Below, one piece after another: positions 1-12,935 of a stretch of DNA of 64,000 bases. A program made the translations under genes and the position numbers. Origin of the DNA: Trichosphaerium sp. ATCC 40318 (taxonomy: Eukaryota; Protista; Tubulinea); the NCBI GenBank assembly GCA_038496445.1, contig JALMLS010000404.1, positions 124,001 to 188,000 on the forward strand, written 5' to 3'. Each line of letters opens with the position of its first letter. The stretch's first letter is position 1. The notes beneath the pieces are model-generated. The model saw nothing but the letters and a program-made list of their open reading frames with translations, was not told where the DNA came from and made no database searches.

Positions 1-49
1 AACCAGAACAAATCTCGTTCAACTCAATGCAAAACAAAATTATTGATAC

Positions 50-3000
50 TTACCTATTATAAGAACAATGAAAACTATTCCGACTGTTGGTAGTCCAGAA
101 GAAGGATCTGTTGTTTGCCTTCCTACAGAGTACAGTGAGTGCTTTTAATTTGATGAAAATAACCAAAACAAGAATTCCACAGAAAACTGCTTGCTCACCT
201 CCTACTGCTTCTGTTGGTGAAGCTGGCGTTAAAGAGGTAGTTGGTGTATTTGTTATTGATGGTACGAAAGCAGGCGTAAAAGGTAAAGGCGATTCAATTG
301 GTGGACTAGGGAGGCTGGGAATAGGACCAAAGAGTGCTGGTGGTAGATCATTATCACACAATAAGGCGTATGAGCATGTCCTTGATGAAACGCATGTAGT
401 AGACCATCCAAGTACGTTATCATAACTACAGCACTCTGGATTACAAGCGCATACTAGTTCACAACATGTAGCGTTTGCGCATCCCCATGCACCTGCCTAG
501 AAAGTCGTGTCATTGAATACTGTTGGACAATATATTCCAAAGAGTTTACCTCGCTGCAATTATTTCCTCCTGGAGTTGTTGATCCACATGGGTTTGGTGG
601 ACAAGGCCATTCTATTGTTTCGTCTGCTTCTATTGGAAGTAATCAGATGATAAAATATAAAGAGTATAGCGAGTACCAAGCTCAAGGTTGATGCCACCGA
701 CACATCTTGAAAGAGAAATCTTTTTGTACCTGTAACAAACAATCAGATGTAAAAAAAATACGTTTTTTGCTTTTCTGAAAAGTAAAGTACCCAGAAGACG
801 AAACACGTGCTGTGGCAGGTGCAAAACATGAACCAAATTCTATATCTGGGTGTTGAGGTGCAAGTAAGACGCAGTGATTACTTTCATTTCGAGCAAATCC
901 AATATCACTTTGAGAAACACAAACGTTAATAATGAAATACAATATTTTTCTTTCTCATTTGTACCATGCAAAGTCATCTGCTGTGCACTCACATGTTTGT
1001 TCTGTAATATTCTCTCTACCATTGAAATCTGGAGGTACTATACAAGATGCGTTTTGCTTCTTTCTGACTATGTTAGTTCGTCTTACGCCAAGAATACAAT
1101 CGCTCCTTTGTGCTAGGAAAAAATAGTAAGTATGTGACGTTTGGTTTGCACGTGTTTTTTTTTGCGTCTATTCTACAGAGTCAAAAACTTACAATGTGGC
1201 TCAAAATACTCGTAATCAGAGTCAGGGGATCCAATAGTCTCGTAATCAAAGGAACCTAAAAGTAGGTAAAAAAAAAAGAGTTAAAATTATGAAAAAATGA
1301 AATTTCTTTGACTGTACATTCACGTGAGATCAATTCTGTCGTGTCAATGTGGTAAATATAAGTTTCTCTTATAATACCACTGTTACTTTCACCTGAAATA
1401 AATGTTAATAAGAACAATAGTATGTGTCAAAAACCGTTTCATTTTTTTTGCTTTTTTGAGCTGACATGTTGATATAACGTACCAGTGAGCAGGAAACCTG
1501 GGTGCACAGCATTATGATCAACAAGTAAGCGTTCCTTTGGAGCAATAAGTTAGGAACATGAAATCAGAAATTGGAAAGAAGGAAGTACGGGAGTGAAGTC
1601 ACATGTAGGACAAGCTGTTGTATTCTCAATAACACATGTTTGAAACGTTAATCCTTGATCAAATGAATATGATATTGTGTTTTCACCTTCTTCTCCTGGG
1701 GCAACAACAAGAACACTACCTAAAAAGAAAGCCAAAAAGGTTAGAAATACTTCGCAGCCACCAAAAAAAAATTGTTATCGAGTCGAAAGAATAAACCCAA
1801 AGTCATACCGTGATTTGTCATGTCAAAATTGGATGTAGCAGCACCAATATTTTTCCAAGTTACTCCTCCATCTCTACTTAAATATGTGTAAATAGGGCTA
1901 TCCGTATCAAGGAATGGACCAACATTTCCTAATCAAAGAATCAGACCAAGGTACCTTCAAACTAAAGGCCGGAACAAATCTCTATGAAAGTTTCTTGCAC
2001 TTACCCCTTACAACAACAATGCCGATAGCAGTGTCTCTTGTCCATACAAATGTTCTTGGATTAAAGAAATTTCTTACGAAGATGTTTAAAGAGCAGCTTT
2101 CCAAAGAGTTCTGAGCACGTGTTAGTCAAAACAAACAGAAAAAAATGAACTTTTTTTTTGATTTAATTATTTTGGTTAGTTCACAATTATCGACAGCAGT
2201 CAAGTTGTTCAAATTGATAACTTGACTGTCGTCTACAATATCACGTGTTACAGTAACACTATTATTATTAATAGTGCTGTAAATGTAAACGCGTTTTATC
2301 GATTTTTGATGTCAAGAAGAGTATTTTCGAAGATTGTTTGGATATTTTTAAAGGGCCGTGCTTTGCAAACAGCTATAGAATACTTACGTCAATACACATT
2401 TCGCGTTCATCTTCTGGAGGTGTAAGTGGTGTCCATACACCACCATTATCAAAGGAAATAACTGTTTTTTGTTGGTCTTCATCGTTGGTTGTTTGAGCAA
2501 TGTATGCTCCAGGAATACTTGCAAGCTCTTGTAAACTTCCTCTAAAGATAACTCCTTAGCGTCTTTTTAAAGTACTAAAAGGCTTACGCTAAAGGATAAT
2601 CAAAAGGTGCATAGTAATCGCTCAATGAAAGAGTCAAAGTAGAATCAGATCCTTGAGCAGCATACAACTCTTTAGTTGTTCCTAAGGAATGTGTCAAATA
2701 AACCACAAAACCAATCACTCAATAAAGAAGTATCAATGTCGTACCTGAAAAGAACTGCGTTAAACCGCCTGTCATGTGACTTCCCTCCTGTCTGAGGAAA
2801 ATAACTTCATCGCCAAAATGCTCAATGCCAACATCCTTGAGGGAAGTTAGCGTCTTGTTTTTGTGTTTTTAGTTCGTGTATGTACATAAGTAAGTCTTGT
2901 TGAGTGTTCAAAGTCTGTACTCGTTGGAGGGAATATTAATTCAGTAAAGGTTGCTCCACCGTCGCTCGAAATATGTGCGTCGTATACAAATGCGAGAGTA

Positions 3001-4515
3001 CGTTGAAAGATATCAACAACTCTACCAGTAATCTATATACGATTTAGGAACGTTGTTTCGCACGTGACTGTTTTCTTAATCGTAAAAAAAAAACAGGTTC
3101 AAAAAGCGTTATTATGCTTCTTTACCGTGAATAAATTTATTGGAGCGTATCACGTGATAAAAATGTATACCGGAGAAATTGAAATAAAAATATCAAAAAC
3201 GTTACTGAGAACGTACTGCTGTTCTGAGAACATGTCCTTCTGGGTAAACAACTAAATTATACGCTCTAAGATCTGGTGGGGATGAAGTATTCTGAAAGAA
3301 ATCGTTTGATGTATCGTAACAAGAAATAGCAGAATTTCCTTCACTACAAACATAAAGAATATGTTGTGTTGCTTTACCATCTCTTAAAGCTCCTAAAAAA
3401 TACGCACAGAATTAATAAAACACGTTCCCTAACGGCAAAACTTTTTAACGATATCACAAGCGCTAGTGTGTACCCCAGTAAAAAGCTTCGTTTCCGAGAT
3501 AGATGTACTCGTTATTGAAGATATCTTGTACAACAACCCAAGCGATATCAGTGTGTATTCTCCTGTCCCAAGTGATTGCTCCATCTGTAGATAACACAAC
3601 AGAGAAGCAATCATCGTCAAGTGAGTATTCACATGAGTTATCCTCGAATAAAGCCATAATCTCTTTTTCATTAAAAGGGTTAACTTTTATTTCAATGAGA
3701 ACGTTTCCCTCTTTTAAACGAACAATGTTAGCTTTTCAACGCCTATCACATACTTTAAATTATAACGAACCAAAAGTCCCTTGTCTTGTTTCATATGAAA
3801 TGCCTCCATCATCAGTTGCCCATAATTTCCCGTATCCATGGAAGTACGCCTAAATATCCATAAAAAATTAATGATCAAAAAAAATAAATCGTTATTTGAC
3901 GTTACAGTATTTTCATTGCCAGTCGTCAATACACTGTTGACGCCTGTGGAGCACATTCTATATTGATCACGGTCTTGTGTGCCAAATCCTCCTCTAATTC
4001 TGTACTCTTCAGAGAGCAAGCATCCTCCTTCTTCGCTTCCTTCTAGAATCACTTGTGTCCATGTTATACCTAGTGGTAATCACAGTTAACAACGGTACAA
4101 GAGAAGAATAATTTCAACCCGTATCATTAGTATGCCAAACACCGCCGTTGTCTGTCTTTATCCACGCAGCCTAAAATACAAACGATCAATCAAAAAATTT
4201 GAAAGGCTAAAACTTTGAAATTTATTAAAACGTACCTCGCCGTCTTCTGTCCATTGAACAGCGTCTATAATATTATAGTATTCATCAAATTTGGTTGCGA
4301 TATCACTATCTATTTTTGTCTTTTGTTTTAAACAGTACGGTTAGGTATTTACAAATAATCACGTGGGTAGAAACGGTATTTTGTTATATCCGATAAAAAC
4401 GAAGTACCTTTGTTACACCGAATACAGAGTCGCATGTTACTTGGCCAATAGAAGGCACAACGAATATACATAGTGATGAGATCACTAGTATGACAAAGAG
4501 ATGTGATTTCCTCAT
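50..4515 (-). CDS. Multi-exon type I membrane protein with Asp-box (BNR) repeats, Vps10/sortilin-like ectodomain, PSI-like Cys module, Pro/Thr stalk and TM helix
   Basis: ATG at 4515 gives signal-like MRKSHLFVILVISSLCIFVVPSIG. Asp-box-like exons: WHTNDTG|ITW, LWATDDGGISY, VLSTDGAITW, HISSDGGATF, YSFDQGLTF. Cys-rich segments precede a P/T-rich stalk and AVFCGILVLVIFI, with stop at 50. Confidence 0.65.
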
Positions 4516-4909
4516 TGGTTGATGGTGCTACTTTGTAAAAAACTCCGCTTATTTGTGGTTAAGAAATAGATTAATAAAAGTGGAATATCATGGAGTACAA
4601 GCCTGTATCTTGCCATTTACTAATCGGAAATGATAAGGGTAAACAAGGCCGATACTATCGGGTGAATAACAAGCGCGCTTTCTGTTCACAATGAAAGGCA
4701 ATAAATGTGAAAAGATATCAAACTGAACATTAGTAAATACAACTGTTGTGACGTGTGTACTGCAGGATAGACAAAGTAATAGGTAGAAGTGCACGAACTA
4801 TATCGTAGGTAATCGCAGAGAAATACTTATCCAAAGTGGTGTGGATGAAAGCCTGTTAGTAGCTTGTTTCTAATGAAATAAAAAACATGATTGCGATATC
4901 TTGATTGCT

Positions 4910-5515
4910 CTAGTTATTCAAATGGTAGTGCCATAAACAGGTTTTCTGATACGTCTTATACATTGTAAGATCTACATTGCTCATACATGCTACTACTGTG
5001 TCCAAAAAAAGAACCAAGAATACCTTCCTTTGATTCCTTGAGATATTGTTTGACAAATAAGTGAAGACGAAATACATATTTGTGATTATTGAGATAAATC
5101 CCTTGAACAATTTGGTTCCAATCATATACATAGATCCCTACTAAATACAATTCATCATCTACAAGTCTTTGACATCCTACCAGCAAAATAGAATCCTTGA
5201 TTCCGTCATCTTTTGCATATTAATTACTGAATTGCACCTATCTTTCTTTGGCAAAGCTAGAACTTGCTTGGAAACACTGTTGTTTCCAATTACGTCATGT
5301 ATGATATCAATGACACAATGAGCAACTAAAAACTTGGCATTGCCCAGTTCTGTGTGATGTAAAATAATGGCAATACATTCAGGAAACAGCAAAAAGGCTC
5401 TGGCTGTTACCAATTGGGATACCGTTTGGAAAACCTAACTGAGCAACGCTTAACTTATGCACAGCTTACGACTACAGATATAATAGAGCATGCACTCGCT
5501 TGGTTTTAACCTCAT
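4910..5515 (-). CDS. Possible multi-exon hypothetical protein
   Basis: Short ORFs (5177-5413, 4956-5186) bounded by plausible splice sites; no recognisable motif. Confidence 0.2.
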
Positions 5516-5648
5516 TCCAACAACATGCTTGCCACTTTATTGGAAAACAGCGCAACTTAAACTCACATTTGCAAGTCTGGGTTGTACAAAACCATACTAC
5601 CAAATCCTTATTAATCACAAGTTATTTTGTTAGCGCCCACCATTCACG

Positions 5649-6641
5649 TCACATTTTAACTGCATGAACACCTACTAAAGCCTTGATGCCTTCATCTGTT
5701 ATTAAAGTATATCCTACATCAATAGTGTGTACGCCAACTAAAGCTTTCACTCCTTCATCTGTCACCTTTGTACAGCGAAGGCTAATGGTGTGAACACCAG
5801 CCAACGCTTTGATACCATCATCTGTTACAAAGCAATCATTCAATGAGATTGTATGGACACCAGCCAAAGCCTCAATACCTTCATCTGTCACAGCAGTAGA
5901 GTTTAGCTGTATTGTGTTAACTCCAGCCAATGCTATAATGCCATCATCGGTTATGAGGTTACAACCACTCAAATCTATTGTATGAACTCCAGCCAAAGCC
6001 TTGATTCCCTTGTCAGTCACTATGGTGTAGTTTAACTTTATTGTATGAACACCAGCCAATGCTTTAACACCCTCGTCAGTTATATAGTAACAACTACTTA
6101 AATCAATTGTATGAACTCCAGCTAAAGCTGTAATACCATTAGACACATTTGTTTTGCTAATATCAATATTGTGAACACCTTTGAATGCTTTGAGATCCTC
6201 ATCTGTTACAGGGGTTGAGTGGAGAACGATTGTGTGTATTCCAGCAAGTTGTTTGAGATGATCAGCAGTAAGTCCACGACAGGTGCTAAGGTCAATACTG
6301 TTTATCTTTAAGGCTGAGAAATCAACATCTAACACACTATGTAGCACAAGGGCGTGTACTCCATCGAGACAATCTAAGTGCTTTTGCTTTAGAGTACAAG
6401 TCACAGTGATAGTGCTTGTTCTAATAAGAAATTGCGCTTTTTTATACAGTTTTTTGAGTCTTCTTTTTGTTTTGATGGTGATATACTTTTTAGAGTTGTA
6501 TCCCACGTGAGTTATAACGATATTTTGTAGTAATTTAGATGTATGTACCAATGATTGTATAGAGAGTGCTGAAACGAACTGAAGTACATGAACAATGATT
6601 TCAACAGGTATTTCATCAAAGAAAGCACTGTTTTTGTTCAT
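5649..6641 (-). CDS. F-box/LRR protein (intronless)
   Basis: N-terminal FFDEIPVEIIVHVLQFVS...LVHTSKLL (F-box-like), then about 9 LRRs of 21-22 aa with consensus LAGVHTIxLxxxxVTDxGIKA. Confidence 0.85.
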   Translation of the reverse strand: MNKNSAFFDEIPVEIIVHVLQFVSALSIQSLVHTSKLLQNIVITHVGYNSKKYITIKTKRRLKKLYKKAQFLIRTSTITVTCTLKQKHLDCLDGVHALVLHSVLDVDFSALKINSIDLSTCRGLTADHLKQLAGIHTIVLHSTPVTDEDLKAFKGVHNIDISKTNVSNGITALAGVHTIDLSSCYYITDEGVKALAGVHTIKLNYTIVTDKGIKALAGVHTIDLSGCNLITDDGIIALAGVNTIQLNSTAVTDEGIEALAGVHTISLNDCFVTDDGIKALAGVHTISLRCTKVTDEGVKALVGVHTIDVGYTLITDEGIKALVGVHAVKM

Positions 6642-6899
6642 TTTGCGCTATTAAATAGTTCCTACAAACGACAAGAGATATGGCCACTTGTTCAGTAATA
6701 ATTTTGACCCTGACTGACGGAGTCCTTGCTTAGACTAATACTGTATTCTATGATTAGTGACATATCACCTAGTACTGTATTTCTAGACGGTCCTTCTTAT
6801 AATCATTGAAACCGAATAAACAAGAATCAATCACCGTTACAAGAACATTTTTATACCCCCTTGTACCTTTCATGAAGACAAATGAAGGAACTTTAGGCT

Positions 6900-8190
6900 T
6901 TATTTATTAATTACAACCTTGTTAACTATATCTAACCATAGCGATTGTAAGTTGTGAGCACCAATCAAGGCATTAACACCATCACATGTAACGTTTGTAC
7001 CGTGTACATCAATTGTATGAACTCCTACAAGTGCTACAATTCCTTTATCAGTTATTTTAGTACCTTTAAGGCTAATCTCATGAACACCAGATAGTGCTTT
7101 AATGCCTTTATCTGTCACTGCAGTCCACGCGAGATTAATAGTGTGAATTCCAGAAAATGCTTTGACACCTTCATCTGTCACGTTTGTACCACGAAGATCA
7201 ATTGTGTGAACACCAGCCAACGCTTTGATGCCCTTATCTGTAACACGTGTACAATCATTTAAGGAGATTGTATGTACACCAAACAAAGCCTCAATACCTT
7301 CATCCGTCACATGTGTGCTGTTTAGGTGTATGGTATGAACTCCAGCCAATGCTTTGATGCCTTGATCTGTCACTTTAAATGCGTATTTTAGGGAAATCTT
7401 GTGAACTCCAGCCAACGCTTTGATGCCTTTATCAGTCACATGAGTACGGTTTAAGTTTATTGTGTGTACTCCAGATAATGCTGTAACGCCCTCATCAGTT
7501 AGGTACTTACAGCTTCCTAAATCTATAGTATGTATACCAGCCAATAGTTTAATACCATCGTCAGTTACAGATGTAAGGCTTAAAGTAATGTTAGAAACAC
7601 TTACTAAAGCCTTTATGCCATCATCTGTGACATTTGTTCTGTGTAAGTTTATTGTATGTACTCCAGCTAATGCCTTAACACCTTCATCAGTTATGTACTC
7701 ACAGCTTCCTAAATTAATGGTATGAACACCTCCTAACCCTTTTATATCCTCATCTGTTACAGGGGTTGAGTGGAGAACGATTGTGTGTATTCCAGCAAGT
7801 TGTTTAAGATGATCAGCAGTAAGCCCGTGACAGTTGCTAAGGTCAATACTGTTTATCTTCAAGTTTGAGAAATCAACATCTAACACTATGTAGCACAAGG
7901 GCGTGTACTCCATCAAGATACTTTAAGTCCTTTTGCTCAAGAGGAAAAGTCACAGTGATAGTGCTTGTTCTAATAAGATATTGTGCTTTTTGAAATAGTT
8001 GTTCGAGTCTTTGTATCGTTTTGATGGTGATATCTCTTCCAGAGTTGTACCCCACGTGAGTTATAACGATATTTTGTAGTAATTTAGACGTATGCAGCAC
8101 TGAGTGCATAGAGAGTACTGAAACGAATTGAAGTATATGTACAATAACTTCAACAGGTATTTCATCAAAGAATGCACTGTTATGGTTCAT
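6900..8190 (-). pseudogene. F-box/LRR paralog split by a 2-bp frameshift
   Basis: ORF 7873-8190 (F-box) and ORF 6900-7916 (LRRs) overlap in different frames. The intact copy reads taacacactatg near 6330, whereas this copy reads taacactatg near 7881. Confidence 0.8.
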
Positions 8191-8483
8191 TTGCGAGTAA
8201 ACTGCGAATATGTGTTGATTGGTGAGCTTTTTACGACAAGAGATAACGGAATATTAATTATGCTTTAGTGTACTAGTTAAGCTAAGGTTAAGCAGCTTTT
8301 CAATAAGCTCTGTCTTTGTTAACGCGTTCTTGATACCAAGTACTCTGTAGGAGACAGCTAATAAGCTTGCCGAAGCGTACATGTACTAATACTAAACGCT
8401 CTCTGAGACGGACAAAGATAAACGAGGGCCTTGTTGGAGGATTTTTATTTAGAGGGGAATAACATACAAACAATATGAAACAT

Positions 8484-11400
8484 TTAATCATTGTGCTTCA
8501 AAGCAAAACTACCACCTTTTATAGATGCTAATAGCTTATCCATTACGCCTTCTTCTTCAACTGGTGGTAATCCTTTTCTACCTTTCTTCAAGTTCTCTTC
8601 TCTTCTCTTTGCAAGTCTCTTACGTCTCTCTTCAGTCTCACGACGCTTCTTGTTCTCAGTGAAGACAAACTTAAAGTCAGAGTGAAACTGATGGAAAACT
8701 TGAACAACTTTTGGCATGTCATCTCGTTTCAAGTTGTGACCTTAAAAAAAACGTGTTAATCACGTGATTTTTAGAAAATGATAAACGTGTTTATAGGTAC
8801 CAAAGGATTTGAGTAGTTTTTCTATAGCATCTGATAACTCATCAAAATGAGTGTTTGCGTCATCCATCTTTGTTATTGCATCACTCAAGAACGACTATTT
8901 GGATTCAAACACATGAGTTTTTTTGACTTGACTGTGAAAACGTACCACCATCATTGTCTTATAAGGTGAGTCTTCAGTTGTTTCCATCTGCTTTTGTAGG
9001 GTATTAAGCCGTCCTTTCAAGCTCTTGAGAACAGACTCCGTCTGGCTTGGACTTACTACATGTGATTATTAGTTATCATCATTGTTGTAAAAGTTGTACA
9101 TTTTAAGCATTTGTTGAGTTGTTCCATTTGATCTAACCATGTAAGAGACTCTGTGTAGTCTTCTTCAATAAATTTTGCAATATAATGAAGTAAAGACATT
9201 CGTGGAGATGTTGTAGATCGTGTTTGTTTCAGCTATAAAAATCCACGTATTAGAAAATAGTTTCTATTCGATTTCGTACTCTCTTGAATGTTTCGACAGA
9301 TAGCGCATGTACACTTCCTTTACGTGTTCCAAAATTTATAAAATTACCAATAGCGAGTGTTACCTATCATGATAGTCAGCAAGATGTCCTCAAAAGTGAT
9401 ATTAGCAGTTTTACCTCCAAGACTTTTTTGAGTTGTGCTGATTCAACAATTCTTTTACATGTCTCTTTCATTACTTCAATTTCCTTTAGAATAAAATTAA
9501 TCAGACTTTCCAATTGGTATTATGTGTATACGTACGTGTTCGGCTTCTTCAAGTTGTACTTTATACTCTGCACGAAGTATTGACCCTTTAATTTTTTGAT
9601 CAAGTTTGTCAATGGTTACCAACTATTAACAAAAAAAAATTAACATAAAATCAAGATTCTGTTTCTTGGTTTTGTCGTACAGCTTTGAAGAATTTTTCAG
9701 CTTTATCTAGCTTTTCAATATCACCAGTATATTGATCTATAATAGTACGCTAATAAATGATTAGTAAAGTGAAACCTCGGGCGATTAAAGCGGTTTTTAG
9801 TAACAACACTTCAATCTTTTGCCAACTGCTTTTTCTTACCTCTTCACGTGTTGGAAGACATTTGAGTAGAGCTTGAAGCTTTTCAAGCGATAATAAGCTA
9901 TAATCAGCGTTGTTTATAGCTGTAACAATCTCATCATTGGTACATTTGAACTGAGTTCTGGCAATCGCTAAAAAAAAGAAAAATAAACAACAGCTCTCAC
10001 GCTGAACAAAAAAGATCTTACCAACATTATTACTACGTCTGCCATCAAGAAGAGTAACAAATTTAGGTTTAACTACTTTCTTTTTAGCCTTCTTAACACG
10101 ACCTTTAGCTGGAAACAACTCTTCTAAATCCTTGGCTTTCAAATCAATTCTAAGAGAAAAAAGAAAAAAAGTTAGTTCACTTCACCACATGATTCCCACG
10201 TACTTTTCAGGTTTGACATCTCCCCAGTATTCTTTATCTGCTTGTTTAAGAGGCACCCAATGGAATGCTTTCATCTGTACTTTAGGAGAGCATTTGCAAC
10301 CACTGTCTGTTGAAACAAAAAAATCAATTAAAACTCGCTATTTTTAAAGGCAATTGGCTACGCACTTGTAAGCGTTTTCCTTGAACCAGGCATCCCTGGA
10401 GGTGGCGGTGGCATACCAGGCATACCAGGAGGTGGAGGTGGCATACCAGGAGCTCCAGGTGGAGGCGGTGGAGGAGGTACTCCACTAGCTCCTGGTGGAG
10501 GAGGTGGAGGCGGAGGAGCGCCATCAGCGCCTGGAGGTGGAGGTGGAGGTGGTGGAGCGCCAGCAGCATCAGGTGGAGGTGGTGGTGGAGGAGCTCCTGT
10601 TTCGCCTGGTGGAGCAGGTGGAGCTGGTGGAGCTGGAGGTGGAGGTGATGCTGTTGCGGTCTTGTTAAGTTCTTTCATAAGATTCGCTGTATTTTTGAGT
10701 CTGGTTTGTTTTTCTTCTTTTGTTTCCAGTCTACCCTTTTTTGGTTGACCATCACGTGGTGATTGTTGAGGTGCCAGACTGTGATCGGCGTTAAGTATTT
10801 TCTCAGTAGATTCCTTGATAGACTTTGATAGTGTATCAAGAGATAACTCTAAAACAATGAGTCAGAGCAAATTCAGAAAAAAGAGAAAAAAAGAAGCAAG
10901 CTTCTAAACAACATACCTTTGTTTGTTGCTATGTACGATATAGCTTGTTCTACAGCATGCCATGTATTATCAGACTCTTTTGTATCGTCTGACATGAGCA
11001 CAAGAGTCTGAATTTTAAGTTAAACGCCAAAATCAATAAAAGACAAAAGAGCGTACTTGAAGCATGGTTTTAAGTGTTTTTTCTCTAGTTGATCCTTTAT
11101 CAGCAACAAGTACTTGTAAGAAGTGAAATAAAGATGTAGTATCATCCATATCAACACGTGTATCTTGTCTAAGCAAGTAGACATCATCCTTATCTAAATA
11201 CGCACGAAATTAGTCGGACATGTTTTAATTTGAAGGACGTTTGTTGAACATACCTTCGCCTGAAAATTTTTCAAAAGCTGTTATTTGTTTATGAAGAGCA
11301 TCAGCTGTAGCGTCATTGACGTCATCTCCATTACTCTTTTCTTCGATTTCTGATAACTTAGATACAATATCTAAGTCAAGGAAGTGGTTTCTCAAGTGAA

Positions 11401-12935
11401 CACGTTCGTATAAGTCACCTAGATGCAACAGTAAGACGAATGAAAAATACAACAAACAAAAAGTTCTAGTGACTTCATTTTGTGAATCTTCAACGTGTTT
11501 AAAACCCACGTGCCTGCTGCTAAAATAAGCGTGTTTATCAAAGAAACAGCAGCTACTACCAACTCCAAATCTAACAAGGTGTATTAGTTTGGACTAGTTG
11601 TATCGACATGAGGACGTACTTTCATTGTCAAGGGTAGCAACAAGGGACTTGAACTTATGAACTCTATTTACGTTTTCTAACCCTTGACGAACTATTTTGT
11701 ATCCTTCCGCAGAGTACAAACAAAGCGCTGCTAGAAGGTATAGAAGTTGAGTACGCAATATAGTATTCGGAGAGCGCATAGCAATAGGCGCAAGATCAGC
11801 TAATATCTAAAAAAAGAAACGAGCTTAGAGTTGGTGAATATCTTGTTTTCGCTTCTTTTGTACCTTTGCGCCATTATCTACAATGATTTGAAGTGACTCT
11901 TTAGTATTCATCAAAGCTTTTATACAATTGATAAGTTTCAATTCGCTTGTTATCAACGTGAGAGAAGCAGTTTTTTTAAGTTGTCTAAAGCAAGCATTAA
12001 AACAAACAAGACTAGCTCTTCAACAACAAAAAATAAAAAAATTCGATAACGTACTTCTCATATATCAATATCGCTTGGTAGATAGCTTGAAGGCCTTCTT
12101 CATGTAGAAACTCTTTTAACCAATCTTCATCACCTAAAAATAAATATGTCACGTGTTCCACGCCGCTTCGGTTTTTTTGTTTAAACTACGATAAAAAGTC
12201 TTTCTTTACCTCCATCTAAGTTCTTTTTTAACGCTGTAAGTTGATTCGTTGTAGGTAGTGTATCATTTCTAAGCAATTCTATAAAGGCCTTGGGTGTCTC
12301 AGGAATATTTTCCTTTGGCTTTTCTTTCTGTGCACTCAACTACAAAGAAGTATCGTAAACACCAAGGAAAAATATCCAAAAAATACAAAAACTCCGAATA
12401 AAATTGTGTACCTTTTTGAAAGCGCCAAGTCCACGCTTCCACTTTGCACTAGCGCCTAGCTTCTTTGCAGCTGATAACGAAGGTTTAGGACTATCATCTT
12501 TCTTTAAAACCGGTGTTTCTTCTTCACCCTTCCCTATGACGAGTTAAATCACGTGTACAATCACGTTTTACGAACAAACATTCAAAAACAGAAACGACCA
12601 TCTGATTGATGGTAAAAAAAAAACACTGTTTTTTACGATCGCGGTTAGTTTAACACGATCATATTTACATACCTTCTGTAGTTGCTTGCTCTGACACTTT
12701 CTCGTTTTGTACGTCATCTGCCTTGATACACTTTCAGTAACAAGTTGACGCGTCGAAATCTTGTAAAACTAAAGCATACCTCCTTTACCTCCTCTGATGG
12801 GGTGTTTTCTTCTTCACTCGGTTTCTCTGTCTCATCTAAATGTTTTAATAGCCTGAACGAGGTATAGTATACCTGTATAATGTACTTACAAGAGAATTCT
12901 TCGTATCCAGGCAGCCTGAGCTGCACATTACCCAT
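8484..12935 (-). CDS. Diaphanous-related formin (GBD/FH3-FH1-FH2-DAD), multi-exon
   Basis: Start MGNVQL at 12935. GBD/FH3-like exons (DWLKEFLHEKGL, LLYLLAALCLYSAEGY, YERVHLRNHF), polyproline FH1 (10358-10650), FH2 motifs (MKAFHW, DLEELF, LLDGRRSNNV, LAIGNFINFG) and a DAD-like end GVMDKLLASIKGGSF. Confidence 0.93.
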
